A program made the translations under genes and the position numbers. From contig CBDATQ010000001.1 in the NCBI GenBank assembly GCA_965199955.1, positions 64,001 through 128,000 of the forward strand: DNA of 64,000 nt, read 5' to 3'. The DNA comes from Spirochaetia bacterium (GTDB lineage: Bacteria > Spirochaetota > Spirochaetia > SZUA-6 > Bin103). Position 1 is the first letter of the stretch, and every line of letters starts with the position of its first letter. Shown piece by piece: positions 49,289-59,266 of the stretch. The notes under the pieces are model-generated. The model had not been told where the DNA came from, ran no database searches, and saw only the letters and a list, made by a program, of their open reading frames with translations.

Positions 49289-49957
49289 TCAGCGATGCTG
49301 ATACGCGCTCCCGATATAGGTGACGCGGACCTGCTTGTACGGCCCGTCGCCTTCGCTCTCCGTGCTCACGTCGTCCACTCCGCTGATGGTGGTATGCACC
49401 AACCTGCGCTCGAAGGGGTTCATCGGCTCGAGCAGTTGCGACCGCCCCGATCGCTGCACGTCACGCGCCACGCGCATCGCCATGCGGGTCAGGCTCTGCT
49501 CGCGGCGGTAGCGGTAGTCCTCGGTATCCAGGATCACCCGCGGCCCGTCCTCATGCCGGCGACCGCACGCGATGTTGGTCAGGAGCTGCATGGCCTCCAG
49601 CGTGGTGCCATGCCGGCCGATGAGAATGCCGGCGTCATCGGAGATCATCTCGAGGACGACGCGGTCGTCCTCCCGGGTGGCGATGCGCAGATCGGCCTCG
49701 ATCCCCATGTGGCGCAGCAGGTCGGAGACGAACCCCGCGGCCTCCGACTCCTGCTCGGTGTGCGGCTCCAGGTCCTCCACCGCCTGCTCTTCCCCGACGT
49801 GCACACGGATGGTGACCTTTCCGCCGCCGAACAGGCCGGATCGGGCCTTGACCACTTCGACGTCGATTTCGTCCTCATCGAGACCCATCGCCTCGATCGC
49901 GTTGGCGATCGCCTCCTTCTCGGTGCGCCCTTCGAACTCGTGTACCTCCATCGTCAC
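49289..49957 (-). CDS. jag: Jag/KhpB RNA-binding protein (KH + R3H)
   Basis: EFEGRT..EAI, LIGRHGTTLEAMQ, LEPMNPFERRLVH. Confidence 0.92.
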   Translation of the reverse strand: MTMEVHEFEGRTEKEAIANAIEAMGLDEDEIDVEVVKARSGLFGGGKVTIRVHVGEEQAVEDLEPHTEQESEAAGFVSDLLRHMGIEADLRIATREDDRVVLEMISDDAGILIGRHGTTLEAMQLLTNIACGRRHEDGPRVILDTEDYRYRREQSLTRMAMRVARDVQRSGRSQLLEPMNPFERRLVHTTISGVDDVSTESEGDGPYKQVRVTYIGSAYQHR

Positions 49958-50022
49958 TCCTCACACGCGCCGTTCGACGACGGCGCCGTCACGTCAGTTC
50001 ACTGCCCGCTTTGCGGGGCTCG

Positions 50023-51801
50023 CTACGCAGGCCGCTTCTTCCTCGGGGCCGTCGCTCCGCCCGACCGAGGCTTGCCGGGGGTGTCGCCGCGGCTGTTGAT
50101 GTAGAGCTGCTGCACGACCGTCAGGATGTTCTGCACCGTCCAGTACAGGACCAACCCCGACGGCATGTCGTAGAGGATGAAGAAGAAAAAGATGGGCATC
50201 GCGTACTGCAGCATCTTCATCTGGCTGGCGTTGGCGCCCTGCGCCGTTGGCATGATCTTGGTCTGCAGGAAGGTGGAGCCCAGCATGAAGAACGGAAGCA
50301 GCCGCAGTTCGTCCCAGCCGAGCAGCGGGAGCTGGAAGCCCAACGGCAGGAAACTCTCCGGCGCAGACAGATCGGCGATCCACCCCGTGATGAAGGAGGC
50401 GCCGCGCAGGTCGAAGTGTTCGATCAGCACCGTGTACAGCGCGAAGAAAATCGGCATCTGCAGCAGCATGGGCAGGCAGCCGCCGACCGGATTCACCTTC
50501 TCGCGGCGATACAGGTCCATGGTCGCCTGGTTCAGGCGCTCGGGCTTGCCCTTGAACTTCTCGCGCAGTTCCTGGATCTGCGGCTGAAGCTGCGCCATCC
50601 GCTTGGTCGACTCCGAGCTCTTGCGCGTGAGCGGGAAGAACACCACCTTGATGAAGACGGTGAGCAGGATGATCGCCACGCCGTAGTTGGGGATCACCCG
50701 ATAGAACGCGTCCAGCAGGAAGCGCACGATGTTGGCCAGCCAGCCGATGATCGCCGCCGTGCTGACGGTCTCCTCCAGGTGGAGCTGGTCGACGGCCGGC
50801 AGAGCCGGGTCGTTGTAGCGGGCGAGCGTGCTGCGGTCCTTGGGTCCGGCGTAGATGCGGAAGACATCCGTTTCCCCGACGCTGGCGATCGCCGGCCGGC
50901 CCAGGTACAGGGCAGTGCGCCGGTCGATTTCGGGATCGGGGCGGCCGTCGTAGGTGATCCGGTAGTCGGTCTGGTCCGGGATCACCACCAGAGTGAAGTA
51001 CTTGCCGACGATGCTGGTCCAGCGGACGCGGCGTTCTTCCAGGGTCAGATCGTTGCGCAGCCGCTGCCGCTTGCGCTTGCCCTCCGGGTAATAGCGAATG
51101 TATTCCCGGTATTCGTTGCGCCGGTCGAGCTTTTCATAGTCCGGTCCGAGCTGCGGCGCGATGCCGAGCGTGTAGCTGACACCGCCGAAGTCGAGCGCCG
51201 GCACCGCGTTCACGGAGTTCTCGATTTGGATGCGCAGCTCGAACAGGTACTCCAGGTCGAACCGGTAGGTCTTGATCAGCCGGAACGGCGTGCCGTCGGT
51301 GCCCACGAAATCGCGGCTGAACTCCCAGGTCGTCGCGTCGACTTGCTGGAACGCGAACGGATCGTCGCTCGGCGCCGTGTCCACGCCCCCGAACGCGACG
51401 GTCAGGTACTCCGTACCGTCTTCCGGGCGATGGACCAGCTCGACCGACTCGCCGTTGACGTCCAGGTGATCCTTGAGCTGGAGCGACGCGATGGTGCCAC
51501 CTGTCCGCGAGAACACGATCCTGAAGACATCGGTCTCCCGGTGGATCAGGTCTTCCGCGAACGCGCCGCCGCCGGTGCCGGCCGCCTCGGAGTCGGCTGC
51601 CGTCACCGCGCTTGGCGCCAGGTCGGCGAGCGGTACGGCCGGCTGTGACCGGCCGCCGAACAGCGACGGCATCTGCGGCTGGGTCTGCTCCTGGGTTTCC
51701 GCTCCCTCTTCCAGCGGCAGCGGATCCGGCGCGAACAGCAGGGTGTAGGCCAGAATCACGCCGACGGAGAGGACGACGGCAAGGATGGTCTTTACGTCCA
51801 T
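50023..51801 (-). CDS. yidC: Membrane protein insertase YidC
   Basis: NYGVAIILLT, GGCLPMLLQMPIF, WIADLSAP, PSGLVLYW. Confidence 0.94.
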   Translation of the reverse strand: MDVKTILAVVLSVGVILAYTLLFAPDPLPLEEGAETQEQTQPQMPSLFGGRSQPAVPLADLAPSAVTAADSEAAGTGGGAFAEDLIHRETDVFRIVFSRTGGTIASLQLKDHLDVNGESVELVHRPEDGTEYLTVAFGGVDTAPSDDPFAFQQVDATTWEFSRDFVGTDGTPFRLIKTYRFDLEYLFELRIQIENSVNAVPALDFGGVSYTLGIAPQLGPDYEKLDRRNEYREYIRYYPEGKRKRQRLRNDLTLEERRVRWTSIVGKYFTLVVIPDQTDYRITYDGRPDPEIDRRTALYLGRPAIASVGETDVFRIYAGPKDRSTLARYNDPALPAVDQLHLEETVSTAAIIGWLANIVRFLLDAFYRVIPNYGVAIILLTVFIKVVFFPLTRKSSESTKRMAQLQPQIQELREKFKGKPERLNQATMDLYRREKVNPVGGCLPMLLQMPIFFALYTVLIEHFDLRGASFITGWIADLSAPESFLPLGFQLPLLGWDELRLLPFFMLGSTFLQTKIMPTAQGANASQMKMLQYAMPIFFFFILYDMPSGLVLYWTVQNILTVVQQLYINSRGDTPGKPRSGGATAPRKKRPA

Positions 51802-51819
51802 GATCGGTGTCTGGTCCTG

Positions 51820-52050
51820 CTAAGGGACCGGGTCGTAGCCTCCGGACCCGAGCGGATGGCAGCGCGACAGGCGCCGCAGCGACATCCAGGCGCCGCGCAG
51901 GATGCCATGCCGGATCAGCGCCTGCCTGGTGTATTCGGAGCAGGTCGGGGTGAATCGGCACGACGGCGGCAGCCACGGTGACGCGACGAGCTGGTAGATC
52001 CGTACGGCGCCGGCGGCGGCCAACCGCAGCGCGTTGCGCACGGAGGACAT
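51820..52050 (-). CDS. yidD: Membrane protein insertion efficiency factor YidD
   Basis: YQ..SP...[11 protein letters not shown]...RCHP...GGYDPVP; start ATG 52050 estimated. Confidence 0.92.
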   Translation of the reverse strand: MSSVRNALRLAAAGAVRIYQLVASPWLPPSCRFTPTCSEYTRQALIRHGILRGAWMSLRRLSRCHPLGSGGYDPVP

Positions 52051-52146
52051 GGGGAGGTCGCTTTGCGCATCCTGTTCCTTGCTGTCGGGACCGGCCGGCA
52101 CGTTGCCGGCGGCCGGGCGCGATCTGTTGCGGTTCAAGGGTGGCAG

Positions 52147-52545
52147 CTATTCCGTCCGGCGCTGGAGCAGCCGCGCGGTGCCGAGCACGGTCGCCATGTC
52201 GCTGCGCCGTTCGCGGGTCGTGGTGGTCGCGTCACCGTAAATCACGAACACCAGGTCATAGGAGCCGGCAATGCGGCCGACGAACTGGCGGTATGCTTCC
52301 CGGCTGATGCGCTTCTGCCGGTTACGATCCACGGCCCGGCGGAGGCTTCGGGTGGGCGCGAAGGCAACCCGGTGATGGCCCAGCCCGTTCGCGGCATACC
52401 CGAGCTTGAGGCCACGCGTCCGGCTGAACCGTCCGGCCCGGAACAGCCGCTGGATGTCCTGGGACCGGGACAACCGATCGAATCCGCGGCGCCCCGGTCG
52501 GACATGGCCGATATGACCCTCGTGCTGTCGGCGTCTGGGTTCCAC
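52147..52545 (-). CDS. rnpA: Ribonuclease P protein component
   Basis: RL....DIQRLFRAG, AVDRNRQKR..REAYR motif; position between rpmH and yidD; start uncertain. Confidence 0.85.
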   Translation of the reverse strand: MEPRRRQHEGHIGHVRPGRRGFDRLSRSQDIQRLFRAGRFSRTRGLKLGYAANGLGHHRVAFAPTRSLRRAVDRNRQKRISREAYRQFVGRIAGSYDLVFVIYGDATTTTRERRSDMATVLGTARLLQRRTE

Positions 52546-52585
52546 TCGTCCACCTGTCAGCGGTCGTCTGAAGCCGGACAACCAC

Positions 52586-52741
52586 CTAGTACGGCTTGCG
52601 TTCATCGGAAACGGTCAGCCGGTGCCGACCCTTGCGCCGTCGCCGTTTGAGTACCTGGCGACCCCCGCGTGTCTTCATGCGCGCACGGAATCCGAAGGTA
52701 CGACGTCGGCGAACGCGGCTGGGCTGGTAGGTCCGTTTCAT
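52586..52741 (-). CDS. rpmH: 50S ribosomal protein L34
   Basis: Below ORF-track cutoff; manual translation [51 protein letters not shown]. Confidence 0.96.
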   Translation of the reverse strand: MKRTYQPSRVRRRRTFGFRARMKTRGGRQVLKRRRRKGRHRLTVSDERKPY

Positions 52742-52768
52742 AAGGGAATCCGATCAGGGAGCCGGCTC

Positions 52769-52797
52769 AATGTAGGTTCAGCGTTCGCCGGTGTCAA
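52769..52797 (-). promoter_or_regulatory. Sigma70 promoter of the rpmH operon
   Basis: TTGACA-17 nt-TACATT overlapping the DUF721 3' end. Confidence 0.75.
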
Positions 52798-53092
52798 ACC
52801 GCTGGTCGCCCGAGCGGTCGACAAGTACGGTAGCGATCCGCGATATGCGGAGAGACGCGTGCGAGCGGCCGAGCCGCCGGACGATCGCGGCTTCCCGAGC
52901 TCGCAGGAGCTGTACCCATCCCGGGTGATCGGCGGCAACGATCAGTCGGCCCCGCTCGACTTCGACCGGACGCGTATGCGCCGCCAACTCGCGCCCGACG
53001 ATCTCCGGCCAGCCCTGGAACAGGGAGGCGGAACGGGCCGCGTCGCCGGACTCGGCAAGCCACCGGCGCAAGGTCTCTCCCAGCCGTTCCAT
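52778..53092 (-). CDS. dciA: DUF721/DciA-family protein
   Basis: WPEIVG..LAAHTRP....GRLIVAADHPGW; position after recF. Confidence 0.82.
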   Translation of the reverse strand: MERLGETLRRWLAESGDAARSASLFQGWPEIVGRELAAHTRPVEVERGRLIVAADHPGWVQLLRAREAAIVRRLGRSHASLRISRIATVLVDRSGDQRFDTGER

Positions 53093-53107
53093 CGGTCGTC
53101 CGTCCTA

Positions 53108-53234
53108 GTACCTCATCAAACTGTAGTTTGGGGGTGCGCGCTACGGGAACTCGGCCTTGTGCGCGCTGTTCCAGCGCGCTTGAAGCCCGTGTAGCGGACC
53201 TGTGTCACCCGTCGACATCAGTTTGATGGGGTAC
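53108..53234. mobile_element. 127-bp MITE with 16-bp terminal inverted repeats and TA target duplication
   Basis: TA-GTACCTCATCAAACTG...CAGTTTGATGGGGTAC-TA (15/16 match); no ORF. Confidence 0.85.
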
Positions 53235-54370
53235 TACGGCTTCCACGGTGTGAGCGAGCCGTCCCGCACGGTGATCCGCAGAGTCGGCCCGGTTTCGTAG
53301 CGATCGAACGGCTCGTCGGGAAGGAACGTGAAGAACCGCTGGTCGGCCGTCGGCAGGGCTGCCAGAAACCGCTCCCGCTTGCGGGCATCGAGCTCCAGCA
53401 GCACATCGTCGAGCAACAGCAACGGAGCCGGCCGGGATCGTTCGGCAACCCGCGCGGCCTGCGCGGCGCGCAGTGCGAGCGACGCCAGCCGCTTCTGCCC
53501 CGTGGACGCGTACCGGCGGAACGAGAGCCCGTCGATCCGCAACGGAAAGCGGTCACGGTGGGGCCCGGTGGTGGTGGTCTGCAAGGCGTGATCGCGCTGG
53601 CGGGCCGAACGCATCTGCGCGGCAACCTCCTCGGGGGCGGCGCTCGACCAGGAGGGCTGGTAGCGGATGGATACCGTCACGTCCGATTCCGTTACGCGGT
53701 GGAAGATCGCCGCGAAGCGGCGGGCGTAGTCGCCGATCAGATCGCTTCGTTGAGATCCGATCACCAAGCCGGCTTCTATCAACTGCCGGTCGTAGACGTC
53801 GAGCAAGTCGTCCGACGGCCCCCCTCGAAGCAGGGCGTTGCGCTCCATCAGCACACGGCGGTAGCGGCGCAGCGCCGGCAGCGCGCCCGGATCCGAGAGC
53901 GCGGCGGTCTGATCAAAGAAACGCCGCAACTCCGCCGGCGGCCCGTCGACCGCGCGAAGATCGTCGTGGGAGAACAGGATGCACGGCACTGCGCCCACCA
54001 CCTCGGCGCGGTCCGCTACGCGAGAGCCGTCGACCCGGATCTCTCTGGGGCCGTCCTTGCGCAGGTGGACGGCAACCTCGCGATGCCAGGACCCCGGCGA
54101 TGCAGTGTCCGCGTCGAGCACGAACAAGCCGCCGACTACGCCCTGGTCCATGCCCGATCGGATCAGATCCGCGTCCTGTCGGGTTCGAAACGAGCCGCCG
54201 AAACACAGCAGATAGATGGCTTCAAGGAGATTCGTCTTCCCCTGTCCGTTCTCTCCGATCAGAAACACGCAGTCGTGTCCCTCCAGGCTGTCCAGGCGCA
54301 ACGGCTGAAGGTTGCGAAAGCGCTCGAGACGCAGGGCCGACAGTCGTGCCCGCTCGGCCGACGGTCGCAA
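53234..54370 (-). CDS. recF: DNA replication/repair protein RecF
   Basis: FRNL, GENGQGKTNLLEAI, RRFFD, GPHRD, STGQKR, LLLDDVLLELD; start TTG 54370 estimated. Confidence 0.9.
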   Translation of the reverse strand: MRPSAERARLSALRLERFRNLQPLRLDSLEGHDCVFLIGENGQGKTNLLEAIYLLCFGGSFRTRQDADLIRSGMDQGVVGGLFVLDADTASPGSWHREVAVHLRKDGPREIRVDGSRVADRAEVVGAVPCILFSHDDLRAVDGPPAELRRFFDQTAALSDPGALPALRRYRRVLMERNALLRGGPSDDLLDVYDRQLIEAGLVIGSQRSDLIGDYARRFAAIFHRVTESDVTVSIRYQPSWSSAAPEEVAAQMRSARQRDHALQTTTTGPHRDRFPLRIDGLSFRRYASTGQKRLASLALRAAQAARVAERSRPAPLLLLDDVLLELDARKRERFLAALPTADQRFFTFLPDEPFDRYETGPTLRITVRDGSLTPWKP

Positions 54371-54377
54371 GGCGTCG

Positions 54378-55481
54378 CTAGCCGACCTGCATCGGCATGA
54401 TGATATGGAAGTAGTGGGGTTCCGGCTCCGCCGACAGCGTGATCGCCTTGTTCGGAGCGGTGAATGCCAGAACCACCTGATCCGTGTCCATCTCGCGCAG
54501 CGGGTCCAGCAAGTACTGATAGTTGAGTGCCAGGGAAGAAGCCGGGCCCTGGTACTCGCACGGGAGCTCCTCGCGGGCCGTGCCGACATCGCCCTCGCTG
54601 CACTGTACGGTGAGCTGGCCCACTTCGACCTCCAGCCGGACGCGCCGCGATTTCTGTTCCACCAGGACCGATACCCGTCGCAAGGCCTCCGTCAGGGCGG
54701 AGCGATCGACCACCAGCCGGTGTTCCTGGCTCTCCGGAATCACGCTCGTCACATTCGGGAACTGCGCGTCGATCAGTCCCGAGTTGATGCGCCGATGCTC
54801 GACCTGCGCATGCAGGTTGCAGTCGGCGATCGCCAACTGCAGCGATCCCTCCCCGGTGCAGAACTTGCGTATCAGCGTGAGTATCTTCGGAGGGACGATC
54901 ACCCCTGCGCCATCGAGCGCCGGCTCGATCTCCTTCTTGCAGTATGCCAGCCGATGCGAATCGGTAGCGACCATCATCAACTCACCGTCGGCCTGGTCCA
55001 GGAAGATGCCGTTCATGAAGTACCGGGTTTCATCGTCAGAGACCGCGAATATCGTCTGCGCGATCATCTTGACGAAGTCGCTTTGCGGTACTTCCACGAA
55101 CTCGCTGTCGTGGGTCGCGGGAAACTCGGGAAACCGGTCCGGAGGCAGCGTCTTCAGGGTGAAGTCGATCCTCCTGCCCTGCGGGCGAACCGCAAGCATG
55201 CCTTCGGCGCTGGTCTCGAACTCGATGTCCCCGGCTGGAGAAGAACGCAGGATGCCCGCGAGCTTGTCGCACGGCACCGTCGTGACGCCATCGCGCTGCA
55301 TGTCCACCGGCACTCGTGCCTGGTAGTTCACCTTCAGATCGGACGCGCGCAGCGTGAGCGTGCCGTCATCGACGGCGAGGAAGACGTTTGAGAGGACGGT
55401 GATAGCGTTTCTGGTGGAGATGATCTCCAGGGCGTGAGCGGTCTCTCGCAGGATCACGTCCTTGTCGATGGTGAACTTCAT
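54378..55481 (-). CDS. dnaN: DNA polymerase III beta clamp
   Basis: MKFTI, LSNV, AVSDDETRYFMNG, VATDSHRLA, LID.QFPN, IIMPM. Confidence 0.94.
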   Translation of the reverse strand: MKFTIDKDVILRETAHALEIISTRNAITVLSNVFLAVDDGTLTLRASDLKVNYQARVPVDMQRDGVTTVPCDKLAGILRSSPAGDIEFETSAEGMLAVRPQGRRIDFTLKTLPPDRFPEFPATHDSEFVEVPQSDFVKMIAQTIFAVSDDETRYFMNGIFLDQADGELMMVATDSHRLAYCKKEIEPALDGAGVIVPPKILTLIRKFCTGEGSLQLAIADCNLHAQVEHRRINSGLIDAQFPNVTSVIPESQEHRLVVDRSALTEALRRVSVLVEQKSRRVRLEVEVGQLTVQCSEGDVGTAREELPCEYQGPASSLALNYQYLLDPLREMDTDQVVLAFTAPNKAITLSAEPEPHYFHIIMPMQVG

Positions 55482-55539
55482 GGTGTTGGCGCCTCCTTGA
55501 CGGTGCCCTGCGGACGGATCATGCAACGGATGGGTCGTT

Positions 55540-55766
55540 CCGTAACTACCATAAGAAGATCATTGGTGGTAGGAACGGTGCTGTGGATGATGGTGATATC
55601 CTTGTAAATAATTGCAATAAAGTACTTTATTTGATTCACAAAAGGGTGGTTTCAATCCCCATCGTCAGCGGATGGTCCGTGACCGGACAACGGTCGGCGG
55701 CGTCGGGGCGACTTGTCCGGTGTACGTCCACGGTCTTTACGGTCGTTGTCCACACGTATCCGGGGG
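55540..55766. other. oriC element between dnaA and dnaN
   Basis: DnaA-box matches TGTGGATGA (55582-55590), TGATTCACA (55632-55640), TTGTCCACA (55746-55754); AT-rich 55602-55643; trio-like tract 55553-55572. Confidence 0.75.
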
Positions 55767-57164
55767 TCAGCGGGATCGCTGGGTGATCGTGCGGGTCAGG
55801 TGGGAGATGACTGGATCGAGGGTCGGATCGGTGCGCTTGCGCTCGGCTACGCGTTGGTAGGCGTGCATGACCGTGGTGTGATCGCGCCCGCCGAACTCCA
55901 GTCCGATCTCCGTGGTGGAGAGCTCGGTGACGTCGCGGGCGATGTACATCGCAAGCTGGCGGGGGAACGCGATGGCGCGGGTGCGCTTCTTGCCTTTCAG
56001 TTCGTTCTGGCTGAGGCCGAAGTACTCGGCGGTGACGCGCTGGATGGTGTCGAGAGAGACGTTCGTGGGGGCGGAGAAGAACTCCCTGAGCTCTCGGGAA
56101 GCGACATCGAGCGTGATCGTGCGGTCGACCAGGTTGGAGTAGGCGGTGAGCTTGATGAGGGCCTTCTCCAGGTCGCGTACGTTGCTCTGTATGTTCTGGC
56201 AGATGAGCTCGATCGCGTCGGTCGGAATGGAAACGCCGTTCTCGTCGATCTTTTGAGTCAGGATGGCGATGCGGGTCTCGTAGTCAGGCGGCTGCAGGTC
56301 GATGTTGAGGCCGCGCTCGAACCGGTTGATGAGGCGGTCGGGGAGGCTTTTCAACTCGGACACGGGGCGATCGCTGGAGAACACCATCTCCTTGTTGGCG
56401 TCGTAGAGCGCGTTGAAGGTATGGAACAGTTCCTGCTGCGTTTCGGTCTTGCCCTGCAGGAACTGGATGTCGTCGATCAGCAGTACGTCGGCTGACCGGT
56501 AGCGATTCTTGAAGCGGTGCCCGGTCTTGTCCTTGATCGACTGGATGAACTCGTTGGTGAAGGTCTCGACCGTGACGTAGACGACTTTCAGGTCGCGGTA
56601 CTCCTGGTAGACGTCGTTGCCGATGGCCTGAAGCAGGTGGGTCTTTCCAAGCCCGACCCCACCGTAGATCAGGCAAGGGTTGTAGGTCCGTCCGGGGTTC
56701 TTGGCGATCGCCAGCGCGGCGTTGAGGGCGAACGAGTTGCCGTCACCTTCCACGAAGCGGGAGAAGCAGTACTCGGGGTTGAGTTGGGCATGGCGCGGGC
56801 GTTGGGCCCGGATGTAGGAACTCTCGGCGGGGGGTGGCACGGTCGCGTTGGGTGGCATGGTCTCCTGCTCGACCGGGACCGGAGTTGCGTTGCCGTTGGT
56901 GCGGCGGATCTCGAACGCGATGCGGAGGTTCTGTCCGGAGAGATCCAGCAGCGACTCTTCGAGTTTCGTCCGATACCGTTGGTCGACCTGATCCCGGTAG
57001 AACGAGGAGGGGACATTCAGCCGGACCTGAGAATCGTCGGCGCCGGCGTAACTCATTCCGGAGAACCATGTCTGGTACTCCTGCTCGCTGATCTCGGATC
57101 GGAGGTGGGTGAGGGCTTCGTTCCAGAAGACCTCGTAATCCCATACAGAACCGTTTCTACTCAT
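55767..57164 (-). CDS. dnaA: Chromosomal replication initiator DnaA
   Basis: LNPEY.F..FV.G, YNP.LIYGGVGLGKTHL, LLIDDIQF, FHTFN, SNVRDLE, GGRDHTTVMHA. Confidence 0.96.
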   Translation of the reverse strand: MSRNGSVWDYEVFWNEALTHLRSEISEQEYQTWFSGMSYAGADDSQVRLNVPSSFYRDQVDQRYRTKLEESLLDLSGQNLRIAFEIRRTNGNATPVPVEQETMPPNATVPPPAESSYIRAQRPRHAQLNPEYCFSRFVEGDGNSFALNAALAIAKNPGRTYNPCLIYGGVGLGKTHLLQAIGNDVYQEYRDLKVVYVTVETFTNEFIQSIKDKTGHRFKNRYRSADVLLIDDIQFLQGKTETQQELFHTFNALYDANKEMVFSSDRPVSELKSLPDRLINRFERGLNIDLQPPDYETRIAILTQKIDENGVSIPTDAIELICQNIQSNVRDLEKALIKLTAYSNLVDRTITLDVASRELREFFSAPTNVSLDTIQRVTAEYFGLSQNELKGKKRTRAIAFPRQLAMYIARDVTELSTTEIGLEFGGRDHTTVMHAYQRVAERKRTDPTLDPVISHLTRTITQRSR

Positions 57165-57165
57165 G

Positions 57166-57420
57166 TTATCCACATGTGCTCCACATTCACTTGGGAGCGG
57201 TCGGCGAACGACCTTCGCGGAAGGGACGCTCCGAGGGCCATCGGAGGCGAGCCGATAGAATGGCACTAGGAAAGTAAATCATTTATATATAAAAAATTAT
57301 ATTGATAGATCTGAACGGATGAAAAAAGCGCGAAAGCGGTGGTTTAGATACATGTTGAGAACCCCCTTTGGCCACTCCTTATTCAGGAGTTATGAACAAG
57401 TTATCAACGACCGGATCAAT
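57166..57420. promoter_or_regulatory. dnaA upstream region with DnaA boxes and AT-rich tract (second oriC part/autoregulation)
   Basis: Perfect TTATCCACA at 57166-57174, TGCTCCACA 57177-57185, AT tract 57271-57310, degenerate boxes near 57390-57409. Confidence 0.7.
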
Positions 57421-57522
57421 TTCAATGTAGCGCACGGGACAAGGAGGTGCAAGCGTTCGCGGCGGGAGCGCGCTGTATGAGGAGGTGCCAGCTCGGCCGC
57501 GCTTGATCTGACGGGCGCCTGC

Positions 57523-58419
57523 CTACGGCTGGATGTCCGAGGTCGGCATCCCAGTGATGCGCTCGCAGATTCGTTCGAGGTCGTCGGGGGAGTAGTAGGT
57601 GACGGAGATCCGGCCTCGCCGCGCTGACCCGCGGACATCCACCTTGGTACCGAGCGCTTCGATCAGCCGTTGCTGGAGAGCCGCCAGGTCGGGATCGGCG
57701 GGCGGCCGCGATGGAGGGGCGGCGGGGCCGGGGGTCTCGGGCGTCACCGGCCTCGGGAGCTGCTGGGCCGCGTTCTCGGTGGCTCGCACGGAGAGCTGCT
57801 CGGTCAGGATGCGGTTGAACAGCTCTCGGCGCGACGCATCGTCGGTGACCGCCAGGAGCGCCCGCGCATGGCCGGCCGAGAGCTCCCCGCGCTCGACCGA
57901 GGCCAGGATGTCGTCGGGGAGCTTCAGCAGGCGCAGGGCATTGGTGACCGTGACGCGGCTCTTGCCGACGCGCTGTGCAACCTGGTCCTGCGTGCGGTCG
58001 CCGGCCTCCATGAGGCGTCGGTAGCCACGCGCCTCGTCGACCGGATTGAGTTCGGCGCGCTGCAGATTCTCGACGAGGGCCAGCTCCAGGTGCTCGAGAC
58101 CCTGGGTCGCGCGTACCACGGCGGGAACGGTCGAGAGTCCGGCAAGGCGCGCTGCTCGAAGGCGCCGCTCGCCGGCGATGATGCGGTAGCCGGCGCCGTC
58201 GGATTGAACCACGAGTGGCTGCAGCAGCCCGTGCGTGGTGATGGAGTCTGCGAGATCCCGAAGGTCGCGTTCATCGAAGGTGGTGCGCGGCTGGTCGAGG
58301 TTGGGTGAAATCTCGTCCAGCGGCAGTTCGCTCGGCGACTCGAACGGGGGGCTGTCGCCTAACAGTGCCTCGATTCCGCGACCGAGGGCAGGGCGTTTGG
58401 CGCGGGAACCCTTAGACAC
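57523..58419 (-). CDS. parB: Chromosome partitioning protein ParB
   Basis: LGRGIEALL, QPR..F, GLLQP, IIAGERRLRA, LVENLQR, VGKSR..VTN.LRLL, GHARALL. Confidence 0.94.
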   Translation of the reverse strand: MSKGSRAKRPALGRGIEALLGDSPPFESPSELPLDEISPNLDQPRTTFDERDLRDLADSITTHGLLQPLVVQSDGAGYRIIAGERRLRAARLAGLSTVPAVVRATQGLEHLELALVENLQRAELNPVDEARGYRRLMEAGDRTQDQVAQRVGKSRVTVTNALRLLKLPDDILASVERGELSAGHARALLAVTDDASRRELFNRILTEQLSVRATENAAQQLPRPVTPETPGPAAPPSRPPADPDLAALQQRLIEALGTKVDVRGSARRGRISVTYYSPDDLERICERITGMPTSDIQP

Positions 58420-59164
58420 GGGACACGAACTCCTCGGCAAGCTGGCGATAGCTCCTGGCGCCGATGCTCGACGGGGCGTACTCGCAAATAGGCTGTGCGT
58501 GGGAGGGGGCTTCGGCCAGGCGGACGTTACGCGGAATAACTGTTCTGAAAACTTGGTCCTGGAAGTATCCGGTCACTTCTCTTACCACTTCATGGGTCAG
58601 GCGCGTGCGGCCATCGTACATCGTGAAGACGATGCCGCCGACACGCAGCTTCTTGTTGTGGCGGCGCTGTACCCGTTCGATCGTGCGAAGGAGCATCGCC
58701 AGGCCCTCCAGCGCGAGGTATTCGCACTGGAGGGGAATGACCACGTGCGTGGCTGCCACCAGGGCGTTGATCGTCAGGAGTCCGAGCGACGGGGGGCAGT
58801 CGATGAGAACGTCGTCGAACGGAGCGGTAGCTTGCTTGAGCACGCGCTTCAGGTACCCTTCGCGGCCGTGCGCGTCGGCCAACTCGACCGACGCGCCGCT
58901 CAACTCGATGCCGCCGGGCGCGATCGACAATCCGGGAACGCTGGTGGTGACGATGACCTCGGAAACATCTACGGCGCCGATCACGGCCTGGTAGATCGAC
59001 GGTGACGCCTCCGCGCCCACGCTGCTGGTGGCGTTCCCCTGCGGATCGAAGTCGATGACCAGGACCTTCCGTCCGGAAAGAGCCAGGTAGGCCGCCAAGT
59101 TGACGGTGGTGGTGGTCTTGCCGACGCCGCCCTTCTGGTTGGCAAAGGCGAATCGGCGGCCCAT
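58412..59164 (-). CDS. parA: Chromosome partitioning ATPase ParA/Soj
   Basis: NQKGGVGKTTT, DFDPQGNA, IDCPPSLG, PLQCEYLALEG, IPRNVRLAEAPS. Confidence 0.94.
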   Translation of the reverse strand: MGRRFAFANQKGGVGKTTTTVNLAAYLALSGRKVLVIDFDPQGNATSSVGAEASPSIYQAVIGAVDVSEVIVTTSVPGLSIAPGGIELSGASVELADAHGREGYLKRVLKQATAPFDDVLIDCPPSLGLLTINALVAATHVVIPLQCEYLALEGLAMLLRTIERVQRRHNKKLRVGGIVFTMYDGRTRLTHEVVREVTGYFQDQVFRTVIPRNVRLAEAPSHAQPICEYAPSSIGARSYRQLAEEFVSRV

Positions 59165-59219
59165 AACGCGCGCACAGGATAGCGAGTGCGTGGCGTGCGG
59201 GCAAACCGCGGAGGCCTCA

Positions 59220-59235
59220 TGTTCCACGTGGAACA
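59220..59235. promoter_or_regulatory. parS centromere site
   Basis: TGTTCCACGTGGAACA, within a perfect 20-bp palindrome 59218-59237, between gyrA and parA. Confidence 0.9.
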
Positions 59236-59266
59236 TGCCACTCCGGAACATGGGCGCCCCCGGAGC

